Positions 51,431-63,332 of a DNA stretch of 64,000 nucleotides are shown piece by piece. This stretch comes from Podarcis tiliguerta (lineage: Eukaryota), in NCBI GenBank assembly GCA_965153285.1, contig OZ229119.1; one strand, given 5' to 3'. A program made the position numbers and the translations under genes. The notes under the pieces are model-generated. The model was not told the DNA's origin, did no database searches, and was given only the letters and a program-made list of their open reading frames with translations. Within the stretch, counting starts at the first letter, position 1. Every line of letters starts with the position of its first letter.

Positions 51431-53539
51431 ATAAATGTTCAGATTTGACTGCAAGTAACCATAGGGAATTTATGTTTAAAAGAAAACCTGATTAATTGTA
51501 AGGTTTCTTTTTACCTTCTGAAAAGTGTGATCCCTCTGAAGGCTTTGTGGCACAGCCTCAGGCCCAGATTTGGCCGGCCACTCACTCACTCAATCCCACA
51601 GGCAAAAGTAGGGTATGGATGGCCTTCATCTGTGACAACAGGGTGATTGCCTGTCATCCTGCTTGTCATAACTGCTATCTTGTAGAGTGGCAGTTGGCAC
51701 TCAGAAGCATCACGCCCCAGTTAGTTTGATTATCCATTGAACCAAGAATAGTTGCTGCATAGGCAGGTAGAGGTTTCCTACATCTAATGCTAAATGTTCC
51801 TTTTCATTTATTTAAAAGCTTCCTAGGGTGTTTTTGTGTGTGTTGGGAGTAGGTAAAGCTGCCATGCTGGTGCTACCTTTTCTCTCATTCCAAATATATA
51901 CTTCTCAGATGTGCAAGATGTGCAGTTTAATATTAGCAGAAAGTCCCTAGGACTTCCTAAGCATAGGTGCATTTCTGTTACATAGTGCATGTTAATGTTT
52001 TCTCATTCATTCAGATGCTGAAATTCAAGTCATGATGTATGTAAGTGAAATGGTTTAAAACTTTTAATGGTAGAAGTTGGCCAGTAATATCTGATGGCTT
52101 GGTGAAAGTGTTGTGGATCCTTCAGTAGAGGAATCACTTTATTATTTTTCCAATTGCCCTAATGTGAAGAAATCTTTTGGAGCAATTAACCACCCCCAAG
52201 TAATATTTGCAGGCACATTTTATTTTAAATGGATTTGTTACTGGAATCTCACTAGAAATACAGAGAAAGCTGTGTAAATCTGGGGAGTTTTAGGGTTAAC
52301 AATAATAAAGGAATCCAGGTCAACGCAAGGAAGAATGTGTAGCACAAAAAAATTACATTTGTGTTTTCATTTAAGTTTTTTTGTGAACACATTAAAAGAA
52401 GGTACGCAAACAGCTTTTGAGTATTGCTTGGTGTGTGCTGTATTGCCCAGTTTGCTCTTGGCTATGTATGAGGACACTACTGCAATGAGTAACTTGTTGC
52501 AAAGTATACAGTGTGAGTGCAGCATTTTATCACAAACAATAATAATCCGTATATTTATACCAGATTTTATACATAATCTTCAGAAATGTTTTAGAGGTAT
52601 TCAGAACTGGGAAAAAGGGCCTACTTCATCAATCCAATAATGCCTTGCTCTGGTCCCACCAATTTAATTATTTTTAAGATACCTGATTTAAATATTTAAA
52701 CATCAACTGTAGGAAACTTTATAATTTTTAGTTTATAATTAAAATAACATGTATATTACCCATATCAATCATTACACACTCAGAGATTAAGGCGTATCCA
52801 CTTCTAATATATTTTGGTTCATATATAGCAGATAAAAATATTTAGCACTCTTTGTGCAGTCATTTATTTCCCCCAAAAAAGTAGAACATATGAATTCATC
52901 ACTGACGCTTACCACTGAGTTTGCGTTCCTATTTACAATGAATTTAGAATGAAATATTTTGAGAAATATTTTAACTTGCCACTTTCACAATCTTAATCAT
53001 TCCCCCTTTTTAAAGGTTGCAATTACTAGCCTGTAACTTGTGCAACTTAAATAGCAACAACAGATATCAAACAACAAAGCGACTTTCAGCACCAATTTTA
53101 CTAAAGCCCTTTGGTCTTTGATGCACCAAATTAAGGCCGCTACCACTTTGCAAAGTTATAGAATTAAATAGAGGTGTTCTTCAGATATCTCACCTATAAA
53201 TACTGTTCACACCCAATGTAAATAAACCATATTTTCCAAAATTAGTTGAGTTCTTAAGCATTTATACTGCCTGTGCCCAGAATTGGCCATTGGTATGACA
53301 GCAGCAAACTTGTTCTCAAGGAAGAGCTGTTAAGATAGAATGTGCGTACATGTGATGAACCGTTTTGGTTGGATGGAAACATGCCACAGATTATTTCGTT
53401 CAGATTGTGTGAGAGGTGGCCTCTTGTCCACCAGGATGTGCAGACAAAGTGGCCCAAGGCTCTTGGTGCTCAGTTAAGTTACATTCAAGCAATATCCACC
53501 CTTGGCTTCAAAATGTCTTGGGGCAGCCTGCCACCTATA

Positions 53540-53764
53540 CAGTGGTACCTCTGGTTAAGTACTTAATTCATTCCGGAGGTCCGTACTTAACCTGAAACTG
53601 TTCTTAACCTGAAGCACCACTTTAGCTAATGGGGCCTCCTAATGCCGCCACACTGCCAGAGCACGATTTCTGTTCTCTTCCTGAAGCAAAGTACTTAACC
53701 CGAGGTAATATTTCTGGGTTAGAGGAGTCTGTAACCTGAAGCTATGTAACCCGAGGTACCACTG
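53540..53764. mobile_element. Tc1/mariner MITE
   Basis: TA|CAGTGGTACCTC...GAGGTACCACTG|TA. Confidence 0.92.
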
Positions 53765-53778
53765 TATAGCCTCTAGAT

Positions 53779-53914
53779 CAGGGTTTCCCAGACTCGGGTC
53801 TCCAGCTGCTTCCGGATTACAATTCTCATCATCCCTACCCAGCAGGACCAGTGGTCATGGATGATGGGAACTGCAGTGCGAAATCATCTGGAGATCCAAG
53901 TTTGGGAAACCCTT
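53779..53914. mobile_element. Palindromic hAT MITE
   Basis: TIR CAGGGTTTCCCA / TGGGAAACCCTT. TSD CTCTAGAT / CTCCAGAT. Confidence 0.85.
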
Positions 53915-54029
53915 CTCCAGATGAACTGGGGTGTACCTGCCTTAAGAAGCCCTTCTCTTCCATTGACGGCAACCTTCTGAGCTTTGCAGCACCTCAGCAA
54001 GTTGGAAGCCACTCTGCCCATGCCCAGAG

Positions 54030-54980
54030 GCCAACGACGTCTTACCGAAAGCCCCTTTTTGACCAGGTTGGGGACCGTCCCGGGTTGAACCACTCCGCCC
54101 GCTACCAGCCCAGGACAACGACGCCTCCCTTTGCAGCGGGAGACGCCTGTGGAAAAGCAAACACAGCCAGGGCGTGTCTCCCCCCCCCCCCCCATGCAAT
54201 CTTCTCGAGGGCTTGTAAGCGACGGCCGGAAAAGGGTCCCACAGAGGCGACTCCTCCGTTGGCTGCGGGTGGGAAAGCGACGCCGCTCAGCTCAGAAGCT
54301 GCTCTGGCGCCCGGGATTCTCCGTCAGCAGCAGCAGCAGCAGCCTGCCTTGCCCGCCCGAACGCCCTCCGGACGCGTCGCCTTTTTGAGCCCTCGCGCTC
54401 CCCGTACCCGCGGCAGGCAGGGGAGGAAGCGTCAAAATGGCGGCGGGAGGAGAACTTTTCGGAGTGAGCGGCGGCGGCTGGTGAGTTAAGCTGTGAAGCG
54501 GCAGCCGGGGAGGGGTGGGGGGCACCCGGCTGTAAATGGGGCTCGAGGAGGCGAGACGGGGTAGGGTGTCTTGGGCAAAGACAAGAGGTTTCGGCCTCCC
54601 CTCTCACACTTTGGTGGGGAGGGGGTGGCGTCCCCTCAGAAGTGAGCGGCGCCTTTGCCCAGCCTCGGCTACAAGTGGCGGTTGGGCAGGTGGGGGCGCG
54701 GTTCTTCTCTCCCCCCCCCCCGGCCGTTTGCTGAAAGGAAGGCGCTCCTCTTGTCTGTCTTGTCTATCCAGTCCGGGCCTTGCGATGGGTTTCTCCCCCC
54801 AAGGTCCGCCCCCCGCCCCACAAGCGGTTCCTGAACTAGCGCAGACTTTTGGAAAGAGGCCTGTAAGACAGGGAAGGGAAAGAAAGTTGAGTGAATGGGG
54901 AGGGAGCCAATCAGACGCCGCGTCGATGCGCCCAGGTTGCCCTGCATCCCAGCGCACCTGGCGCGACGTCACTTTAAAAA
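54030..54980. promoter_or_regulatory. CpG island / TMEM168 promoter
   Basis: CpG-dense. YY1-type CAAAATGGCGGC at 54433-54444, (CAG)6 at 54325-54342, CCAAT at about 54907, CRE-like GACGTCAC at about 54965. Confidence 0.88.
54420..54480 (+). other. TMEM168: TMEM168 5' exon 1 (no main-ORF codons; start approximate)
   Basis: Strong donor CTG|GTGAGT at 54481, just after the YY1 motif in the CpG island. The next strong acceptor (ttttctttttctttcag) ends at 56187. Confidence 0.7.
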
Positions 54981-55201
54981 AAAAAATACTCTGGAAGGAA
55001 GTTTCCCCCTCTTCTTTTCAGGTTTGAAACGGGGACTCTTCTCCAGGTCTTTTAGAACGCAAGAAGCAACAATAGCAAAGCTCCCTCTAGGAAATTTCCA
55101 AAAATGGAGCTTCGGAATTCTTTCTCAGGTTCGGTGTTCAACGAAGGAAGAGGAATGAGAGGGGCGGGAAGCGTGTTTGGCATGATATCAAAACTCCAAG
55201 G

Positions 55202-55337
55202 CAGGCATGGGCAAACTTCGGCCCTCCAGATGTTTTGGACTACAGTTCCCATCATCCCTGACCACTGGTCCTGTTAGCTAGGGGTGATGGGAGTTGTAGG
55301 CCAAAACATCTGGAGGACCGAAGTTTGCCTATGCCTG
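55202..55337. mobile_element. Palindromic hAT MITE in TMEM168 intron 1
   Basis: Near-perfect fold-back: caggcatgggcaaacttcggccctccagatgttttggactaca / tgtaggccaaaacatctggaggaccgaagtttgcctatgcctg. Confidence 0.88.
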
Positions 55338-55784
55338 CCAAGTAAAGGAGGGGTTACACAGATTTACATTATTTACCTTAAAAAAAATAATCTGCAGCCC
55401 AGTTGAACTCTGAGTGATCCACACATGTAAAAATACAAAGGCAAACAAAAGGAGGGGAAATCGATATAAATCTCACCACAAAGGTGAGTCTATCATCTTC
55501 ATGGTACTGCTTTCACTGCATGCTGGAGATGCACCTCTTTGAAGTTAATATATATTGTATGGTGGAACCATACAATATATGCATATGCTTTCAGCAAAAG
55601 AGGTGGTTCCACCATACAATATATATTAACTTCAAAGAGTGTTCAATTTGGAATGGTTTTACTTATTTTTATTGTGATGGTTTTGTTTGTTTTTATAATA
55701 AATGTATATTGTTGCAACTTGCCCTAGGATCTTATGGTGAAATCTGACAAATAAAACAAACACAGAAACCTAATAGCAGGAAGG

Positions 55785-55786
55785 GT

Positions 55787-55822
<36 letters not shown>
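55785..55822. repeat. (TG)n microsatellite
   Basis: Read directly from the sequence. Confidence 0.95.
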
Positions 55823-55825
<3 letters not shown>

Positions 55826-56317
55826 ACTCAGCATTAAAATTAGGTGTAAAACATTAAAAGTCCATCAGACTGAAAGAGGCTTCAGTTTCTGGCAAAAGAC
55901 ACGTTGGTTCATTCAGACCAACTTGGCTGTTCAACTTTATATTCCTGTAATGTTTAAAACATCGATTTTTGTAGATTCAGAATCTAAAGTAGGTGCCACT
56001 TGTGAGCACATATTTTTAAACAAGATTTACATATGATCTGCATTACTGTTAAAGTATCATATCAAAATTAGAATATTAAGTATTTGAATACTGATAATAA
56101 CTCTATAAGCATGCCTATTTACTTTATCTGTAAACTTGTTTAAAATGTGTAACTTGAAGTTAATGTGGTTTTTTCTTTTTCTTTCAGTACGTCAGTAATC
56201 CCTAGCAGTTATTGATGAAGCAACGCTACAGGAGGCTGCTTTTGCTTCACATTTATTGGAGGAAATTCAAACAGTTATTTCCTGTGAACTGGATGCAATC
56301 ACTACGAGTCAGCTTAC

Positions 56318-57454
56318 ATGTGTAGATCATTGCGTTACTGTGTTAGCCACTGTCTCTATGCAGCAATGACAAGACTAGATGAGGCAAACCGAGAAGTGAA
56401 CATGCACTCATCTGTCCGCTATCTGGGCTATTTAGCCAGAATTAATTTATTGGTTGCAATATGTATGGGCCTTTATGTCAGGTGGGAGCAGACAGCAGAT
56501 GCATTAATACTTGTAATTTTTATCCTGGGACTTTTTGTTCTTGGAATTGCCAGTATACTTTATTACTATTTTTCAATGGAAGCAGCAAGTTTAAGTCTCT
56601 CTAATCTTTGGTTTGGATTTTTACTTGGCCTTCTCTGTTTTCTTGATAATGATTCTTTTAAAAATGATGTGAAAGAAGCGGCAACCAAATATTTGCTGCT
56701 GTCTTCCATAATCATAAGAATATTGTTTGCTTTTGTTCAGAGGATATGTGGCTGTATTCATCATCGACCAACTTTGCTGACAACAGTTGAATTTCTTGAG
56801 CTGGTTGGATTTGCAATTGCCAGCACAACCATGCTGGTCAAAAAATCCATGAGTATTATCTTGTTGGTGGTGGCTTTGGCAATGCTGATTATTGACTTAC
56901 GGATGAAGTCTTTCCTGGCAATTCCAAATTTGGTAATCTTTGGAGTCCTTTCCTCCTGGTTATTTTTTCCATCCCTACTCATACCAACGAACCCATTCGC
57001 CTTGGGATGCTTTTTCAGCTGTCTAATAACAGATCCTCTTCTTGACATTTACTTCAGTGGACTTTCAGTTACAGAACGTTGGAAACCCTATTTGTATCGT
57101 GGTAGAGTATGCCGGAGATTTTCAGTAATTTTTGTTGGCCTCATCGAACTTATTTATTTCATTCTTTCAGCCCTGAAACTAGGCGATTTGGATGTCTGGT
57201 ATTTTGTGATACCTGGCTTTTCCATTTTTGGAATTTTCTGGATGGTCTGCCACATCATATTTCTTATAACTCTCTGGGGATTTCATACAAAATTAAATGA
57301 CTGCCACAAAATATATTACACACACAGGACAGAGAACAACAGCCTTGACAGAGTTATGGCATCAAAAGGAATGCGTCATTTTTGTTTAATTTCAGAGCAA
57401 CTTGTATTTTTTAGCCTTCTTTCAACAGCAGTTTTGGGTACTGTATGTTGGCAG
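56318..57454 (+). CDS. TMEM168: TMEM168 first coding exon (exon begins 56188), multi-pass transmembrane region
   Basis: Encodes [20 protein letters not shown]...LGTVCWQ (379 codons), matching recalled TMEM168. Donor CAG|GTATGT at 57455. Confidence 0.96.
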
Positions 57455-57579
57455 GTATGTTATAATGGTTTTACATCCTCTTCTGTTGCTCTTAGAATGG
57501 GGGGATTTTGTATCAAAATTCATGGCATGTAGCAAGTTACGGCATCTGATGTGTAGTAGAGTCCCTGAACATACCAAAC

Positions 57580-57670
57580 AAGCAACCCACTCAGATGGGT
57601 GGCATATAAATAATACAATTATTATCAGTATTATTATTGTTGTTGTTGTTGTTGTTGTCATCATCATTAT
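57580..57670 (+). mobile_element. Short L2-type 3' tail with a simple-repeat tail
   Basis: gcaacccactcagatgggtggcatataaataat...(TTA)(TTG)n, similar to the 27882 and 21272 tails. Confidence 0.55.
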
Positions 57671-58210
57671 TTTGTTCCACAGTGGCTTAGATGAACTGCA
57701 AAATGTGGCCAGTTTACAGCAATGGAATGAAGACACCAGATGATGTTACTTTATGCTCCACATAAAATAAATGACAATTTGTATGATAGTTTGGAAGCTA
57801 GTTTTATTTCATAGTGCATACACAAGAGCCCTTCATTTTTCCATATAGAAATTAATTGCAGCCTTGGTGGGGGAAGCTAAATATGTTCATTCTTAACTAT
57901 CTCACAATAAGTTTGCAATGCTGCCATTTTTGCTACCATAAATATTTCATTTTAGAACTGGAAAGGTAGCATGTAAGTTTTCTAATAAGCAACAATAAAT
58001 CAATATATTTTGCTATTTTCAAGGCTGTTTTCATGTTTCCTCATGCAATCCATTATATACTTCCACACAGTAATCTTGTTAGCACTACAGTTTATATACT
58101 GAACTATTTACAGTAGGGTTGCTGAGGAAAATTTGTGAATTACAGATTTTTTCATTTATATGTGCTAATTGCTAGAATATATCTAATGATTGCATCTGTT
58201 TTTATTTTAG

Positions 58211-58353
58211 AAATTCAATGGAATCTTCATGAGTGTGTTTCTGATTGTCTTGCCACTAGAATCCATGGCTCATGGACTATTTCATGAACTGGGCAACTGT
58301 TTGGGAGGAACATGTGTTGGCTATGCAGTTGTGATTCCTACCAATTTCTGCAG
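58211..58353 (+). CDS. TMEM168: TMEM168 coding exon 2
   Basis: Acceptor tttattttag. Encodes [47 protein letters not shown](S). Donor AG|GTATTA. 143 nt. Confidence 0.95.
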
Positions 58354-58880
58354 GTATTATGCCTTACAAGTCAATAGTTAATGCAGACAACTTATTAGGT
58401 GAAGTTATTAGACCAACTTCAGTCTCTCAACAACTAAATACTAATTTGTTGACTTAGATTTTGATTAAACCCCCCCCCCCATCTTTTGTCCTAATGGTAC
58501 TCTGAAAAGTTAAATATATTGACTTAGCTTCTCAGGTGCCCTCTGTGAAAAGAAAGGATTTAAATCCACTGGAGGGTCCACTGGTGGAAGGAATTTTTTG
58601 CAAGTACCCCCATCATGTTGTGGAAATTCACCCAACCCTCTGGAGCAAATTTTCAGAGTGCATAGGAGTAGATTTCTAGAGGGCATAGGGAAAGCATAGG
58701 GTTCCCCATGCTCGCTGGCAGGAGTATCCTGAGAGTATAGTTAGGAGCCAAGCCACTATGTGTGTGGATGTCATGATTTGTCTGCCTTTCCTCCTTAACG
58801 TTTGTTAATAAGAAAGTACACTAAACATTATGAGAACAAAGAGAGAGGGGTTTTTGTAGGGCAGGAAGAAGACTAATTGG

Positions 58881-59781
58881 TGTAACGCCCCCGGGCAAAT
58901 GACCAGGCCTTGCTGTGTCCTGGAGACCCTGCTGAGGGACTTCGGTTCTGCATTTGTAAGGGAGACAGAAGGATAAAGCTGCATCCATCTGTGTGTGATG
59001 TGCTGTGCAACCTCATCTTTGTGGAATGGGGGTTGCTGTTAGAGTGAACATGGGGAAGAAGAGGATGGGTAAAGCTCATCATGGTTGTGGAGCACAGGGT
59101 GGGTGATCACCTCCCGAACTCTGTTTATAAGACCAGTTAAGTTAGTTAAGAATGTACCAGACAGCTAATTAAATTGGTAGGTAATAGAGGATTAAAGGGA
59201 CGTGGGTGGCACTGTGGGTTAAACCACAGAGCCTAGGACTTGCTGATCAGAAGGTCGGCGGTTCGAATCCCCGCGACGGGGTGAGCTCCTGTTGCTCGGT
59301 CCCTGCTCCTGCCACCCTAGCAGTTTGAAAGCATGAAGTGCAAGTAGATAAATAGGTACCACTCCAGTGGGAAGGTAAACGGCGTTTCCGTGCGCTGCTC
59401 TGGTTCGCCAGAAGTGGCTTAGTCATGCTGGCCACATGACCCGGAAGCTGTACGCCGGCTCCCTCAGCCAATAAAGCGAGATGAGCGCCTCAACCCCAGA
59501 GTCGGTCACGACTGGACCTAATGGTCAGCGGCCCCTTTAAAAAAGGTAAAGGTACCCCTGCCCGTACGGGCCAGTCGTGTCCGACTCTAGCCCTTTACCT
59601 TTACCTTAATAGAGGATTATTTACCACCTAAATGAGAACTGTTTAAGTAGTACAGATCTTCTCAGTGATTTAGAGACCTGTTTTAAGACACTTGTAACTG
59701 AACATTCTAAATTAAACTAAGTGAGTCCGCACAGTGGTCAAGTGGTTCAAAGCTCAGCTGTGGGTAGTGAACAGCGTAACA
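58881..59781. mobile_element. Possible solo LTR interrupted by a Sauria SINE
   Basis: TGTAACGC...GCGTAACA inverted ends (7/8). About 475 bp after removing the SINE. TSD not matched. Confidence 0.4.
59195..59606 (+). mobile_element. Sauria SINE, full length, with an inverted SINE tail nested in its 3' end
   Basis: Head GGGACGTGGGTGGCACTGTGG, B box GGTTCGAATCC. 13-bp TSD TAATAGAGGATTA at 59182-94 and 59607-19. Confidence 0.93.
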
Positions 59782-59885
59782 CAGGAGTAACTTCCATTAT
59801 TGCAACACAAGGTAAGGACTACCTCCATTAATGACAAAAGCTAATTTCTCCCTTTTTCTTCTTCTCTCCCCTCTGTTTCTTCTAG

Positions 59886-60160
59886 TCCTGATGGCCAAGC
59901 AACACTGCTTCCACCTGAGCATGTGCAAGAGCTAAATTTGAGATCCACTGGCATGCTTAATGCCATCCAAAGGTTCTTTGCATATCATATGATAGAGACT
60001 TACGGCTGTGATTATTCAACAAGTGGAATTTCTTTTGATACCCTTCATTCTAAGTTAAAATCTTTTCTTGAACTTCGGACCCCTGATGGACCCAGACATG
60101 ATACCTATGTGTTATATTACAGTGGCCATTCTCACAGCACTGGAGAATGGGCGCTTGCAG
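59886..60160 (+). CDS. TMEM168: TMEM168 coding exon 3
   Basis: Long polypyrimidine tract plus tag. Encodes [20 protein letters not shown]...[20 protein letters not shown](G). Donor G|GTATTC. 275 nt. Confidence 0.96.
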
Positions 60161-62784
60161 GTATTCTACATTTGAAGCTTTTCATAATCTTGATTTCTTT
60201 GTCTTTAAGAATATTTAAGTCTTAAGATTAGATACTTGATATTTATGAAATTAATAATCCATTTGAATCATAAATACTATGAGTAGGTCAAAGGGAGAGG
60301 GAGTAGAAAAGGGTTTTAAAATCTCATTTGTGCATTTGATTTATAAAGTGTTAGAAATTTTCATATGCAATCTTAACTAATTATTATACTTTTTGAAAAG
60401 TTGCTGTGGAAGCTGCATATTCATTCAAAACACCACAATATTTTGAATTTTGCCCTTATTGGTTTCTTAGAAGAATTTCCAGATTACAAAACCAGCACAA
60501 ACAGCTTGGAGTGAGATGTTATTTGCTCTTCTTTCATGTTGTATTATTTCTGGGTTTCCCCCAATTTTATACTATTCCACCTTTGCAGGTGCATTAATGG
60601 AAATGGGACTGCAGTAGTATAACTGAAGAATCTAAGCTAGTGTCTGTTATACAATAGTCAGAACTGGAAATTGCAAAGGAGTGCAAGATTATTGCCTCAA
60701 TTTCAGTTAGTTGTAGCTGACTAAAACACTCCATGCTGGTGCTGTTATCTGAAGAGGCTTAACACAAAGTTGGGAGCAGTTATAAACAAAATGTCAAAAG
60801 AAAGTGATAACGGAGGAACAGGAAGAAGTTCCTTGACAGTCATATGCGAAGTTTGTATTTAGGCACTTCACAAAATTTGCATTAAAGAAAATATGGCATA
60901 ATCAGAAAAAGGAAAAGGGGTACTAGTGACAGATTGATTTTGATCAGTTTACTTAGATCTCACAGTGAAAACCATAGCATACAGTCTATCCCTGCTTTTT
61001 GAATAGAACCCGAATTCAGAACTGAAGAGTGGCTGATATTGTAAGTGTGCCACTTTTATCAGTCCTTGGTGTCCTGTTCTAGGTAGAACATGCAGTCATT
61101 AATGGTATGTATCCTGCAGGAGAGGGGAGGTAAGAGAATTTCAGCTCATGCCCAGGTCTTTAGATTCAAGACAGTGTATTGAGTCTCCTACCTCTGGAGG
61201 AGATTAAAAAGAATTGGTGAGAATGAAAATCTAAACATCCAGTTAGTATTCAAATACGAAAAGGATCCTCTGAGGAATAACTCTGTGTAGCAGAGCAGCA
61301 TAGACTGAGGACTCTAATGACATCTTTAAGGAAGGTTTACTGTATTGGACTTGTCTAATGATGTTATTTCATTGTTGGAGGCTTGGTAGTTTAACAGTGG
61401 TGTGTAAAATAAACTGCTAAGTAGTCATAAATAAACCATGAGCAGCAAAACAGCTTGGAAAGTTAAGTTCACTGACTGAACGCAGCGTCAAGTTTTGGGC
61501 AGTAAAGCTTTGTCTATATTACTGAAACTGCCTGCTTAACTGCCACCTCTTCAAATGTGCATGTATAATAATGTATTCTGCTTAGAATTACAGCACTTGT
61601 GTGGAGCAAATAGAGAAAGCAGGAAGTAGCTATATTGTGTTAAGAGAAGTATGTGGACAGTTTGTTTTATTTCAAGATTCTGATCACAGCACATGCTTAT
61701 AGGGGGGAACGTGTGTGCTTTTCAAGTAGTGTTTCCTTACTTAGGCCCAGAAACTCTACTGAATATAATCAGCAGTGTTCTTTCAGGATTTTGAAACTAT
61801 TATTGGAGAGGCCTCAGAACATCTCTATTTTAGCAATATTACTCGATAGCATTCAGTCAGTTCCCGAAATGCACAAACAAAGGGAGATTTGCCATTTATC
61901 TTGTTCATTACAAATGAATTACTGGAATCTTTATTTATTTATTTTTTAAAATAATTTTTATTAAATATTTTCTTGGTTTACAAAAGTACATGGATTGTTT
62001 CTTAAACAATGTAGTAGCACTTTGTGAATTAATTAAATAAGAAAATTCCACTGGAAGCTGACCATTTTTCTAGACTAGCGCAACCGAGGAGTTCAGAGCT
62101 TTGTTTTGTTTTTCTTCTTTTATCACAGCTCCTAAAAGAACTGATGAAAGCCCTAGGGCAACATCTCTCCTAATTAAAAGTCAGCTGCTCCCACGAGTGG
62201 CACTTCAGCTACTTAAGAGTTAGGGTGGCTGCTCCAGTTACTTCTGGTTATATATCATGCTGCTTCTTTTAGGATCAAAATGGAAATTCCTAGCAAGAGC
62301 ATGGAAACCTGGTCATGCCAAAGGCATCTTGCTCATTCTAGATGCATGCACTGTTAGTGAAGGGTCGCAGTTTTTAGACATTTGCAAGGGATTAAAAAGC
62401 TAAGCAGAAGTGGTTTAAGTGGTTCCTGAATGCCTTTACTAATTAAGTGCCAAAAGCATGAATTTCTCAGCTATGATCAGAATTAACCATAGGTGCAAGG
62501 ATCGGAGGGATATTTTCAGTTTCTGGTCCCAAACAGGTAATTATTCTTTTAATTATTATTTTTGTCACAGTTGATAGCTTGGGTCCTCTATTCACTAGCA
62601 TTCACAGCTTCAATCCAGCGTGCATGGCACCCTTTTCATATGCAATCAGTCTAGAAATTGAGAACATTGTGGAAATTCAATGTGTTCCGCAAGTATTTTA
62701 CATCCTAACCTGCTGTGTTAGAAGCTAAGCTCCCATGTGAATATTTCATTTTCAGCAACAATTATATTTCTGGTTTCCCCACAG

Positions 62785-63332
62785 GTGGTGATGCATTACG
62801 ACTCGACACACTTATAGAATGGTGGAGAGAAAAGAATGGCTCTTTTTGTTCACGGCTTATTATACTGTTGGACTGTGAGAACTCTCAGCCGTGGGTTAAA
62901 GAAGTAAGAAAAGTCAGCGACCAGTATGTTGCAGTTCAAGGAGCAGAACTGGCCAAAGTGGTAGACACAGAAGAGTCAGACCTCCCGCACCTTGGTGATT
63001 TTACTAGAGAATGGGTTGAATACAACTGTAATCCTGACAACGACATCAGCTGGTTTGAAAAAGGGCGTACTGTGAAAGCCATGTATGGCGTGTCAAAGCG
63101 GTGGAGTGACTACACATTGCACTTGCCAAGTGAAAGTGATGTTGCCAAACACTGGATGATATATTTCCCACGCATCACTTACCCACTGATTCATCTGGCA
63201 AACTGGTTCTGTGGTCTTAATATCTTTTGGGTTTGCAAAGCTTGCTTTAGGTGTTTGAAAAGATTTAAGATGAATTGGTTTCTTCCCACAGTTTTGGACA
63301 CAGGACAAGGCTTCAAACTCGTCAGATCTTAA
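62785..63332 (+). CDS. TMEM168: TMEM168 terminal coding exon
   Basis: Acceptor tttccccacag. Encodes (G)[18 protein letters not shown]...[11 protein letters not shown] then TAA. The spliced CDS totals 2103 nt = 700 aa plus stop. Confidence 0.96.

Noticed and set aside
53851-55027. 212-aa and 163-aa ORFs, including a polyQ run
   Set aside because: CpG-island artefacts. The first begins inside a MITE, and neither resembles a known protein.
55021-55130. Alternative TMEM168 5' UTR exon (acceptor cttcttttcag)
   Set aside because: No convincing donor downstream, so it cannot be supported without transcript data.
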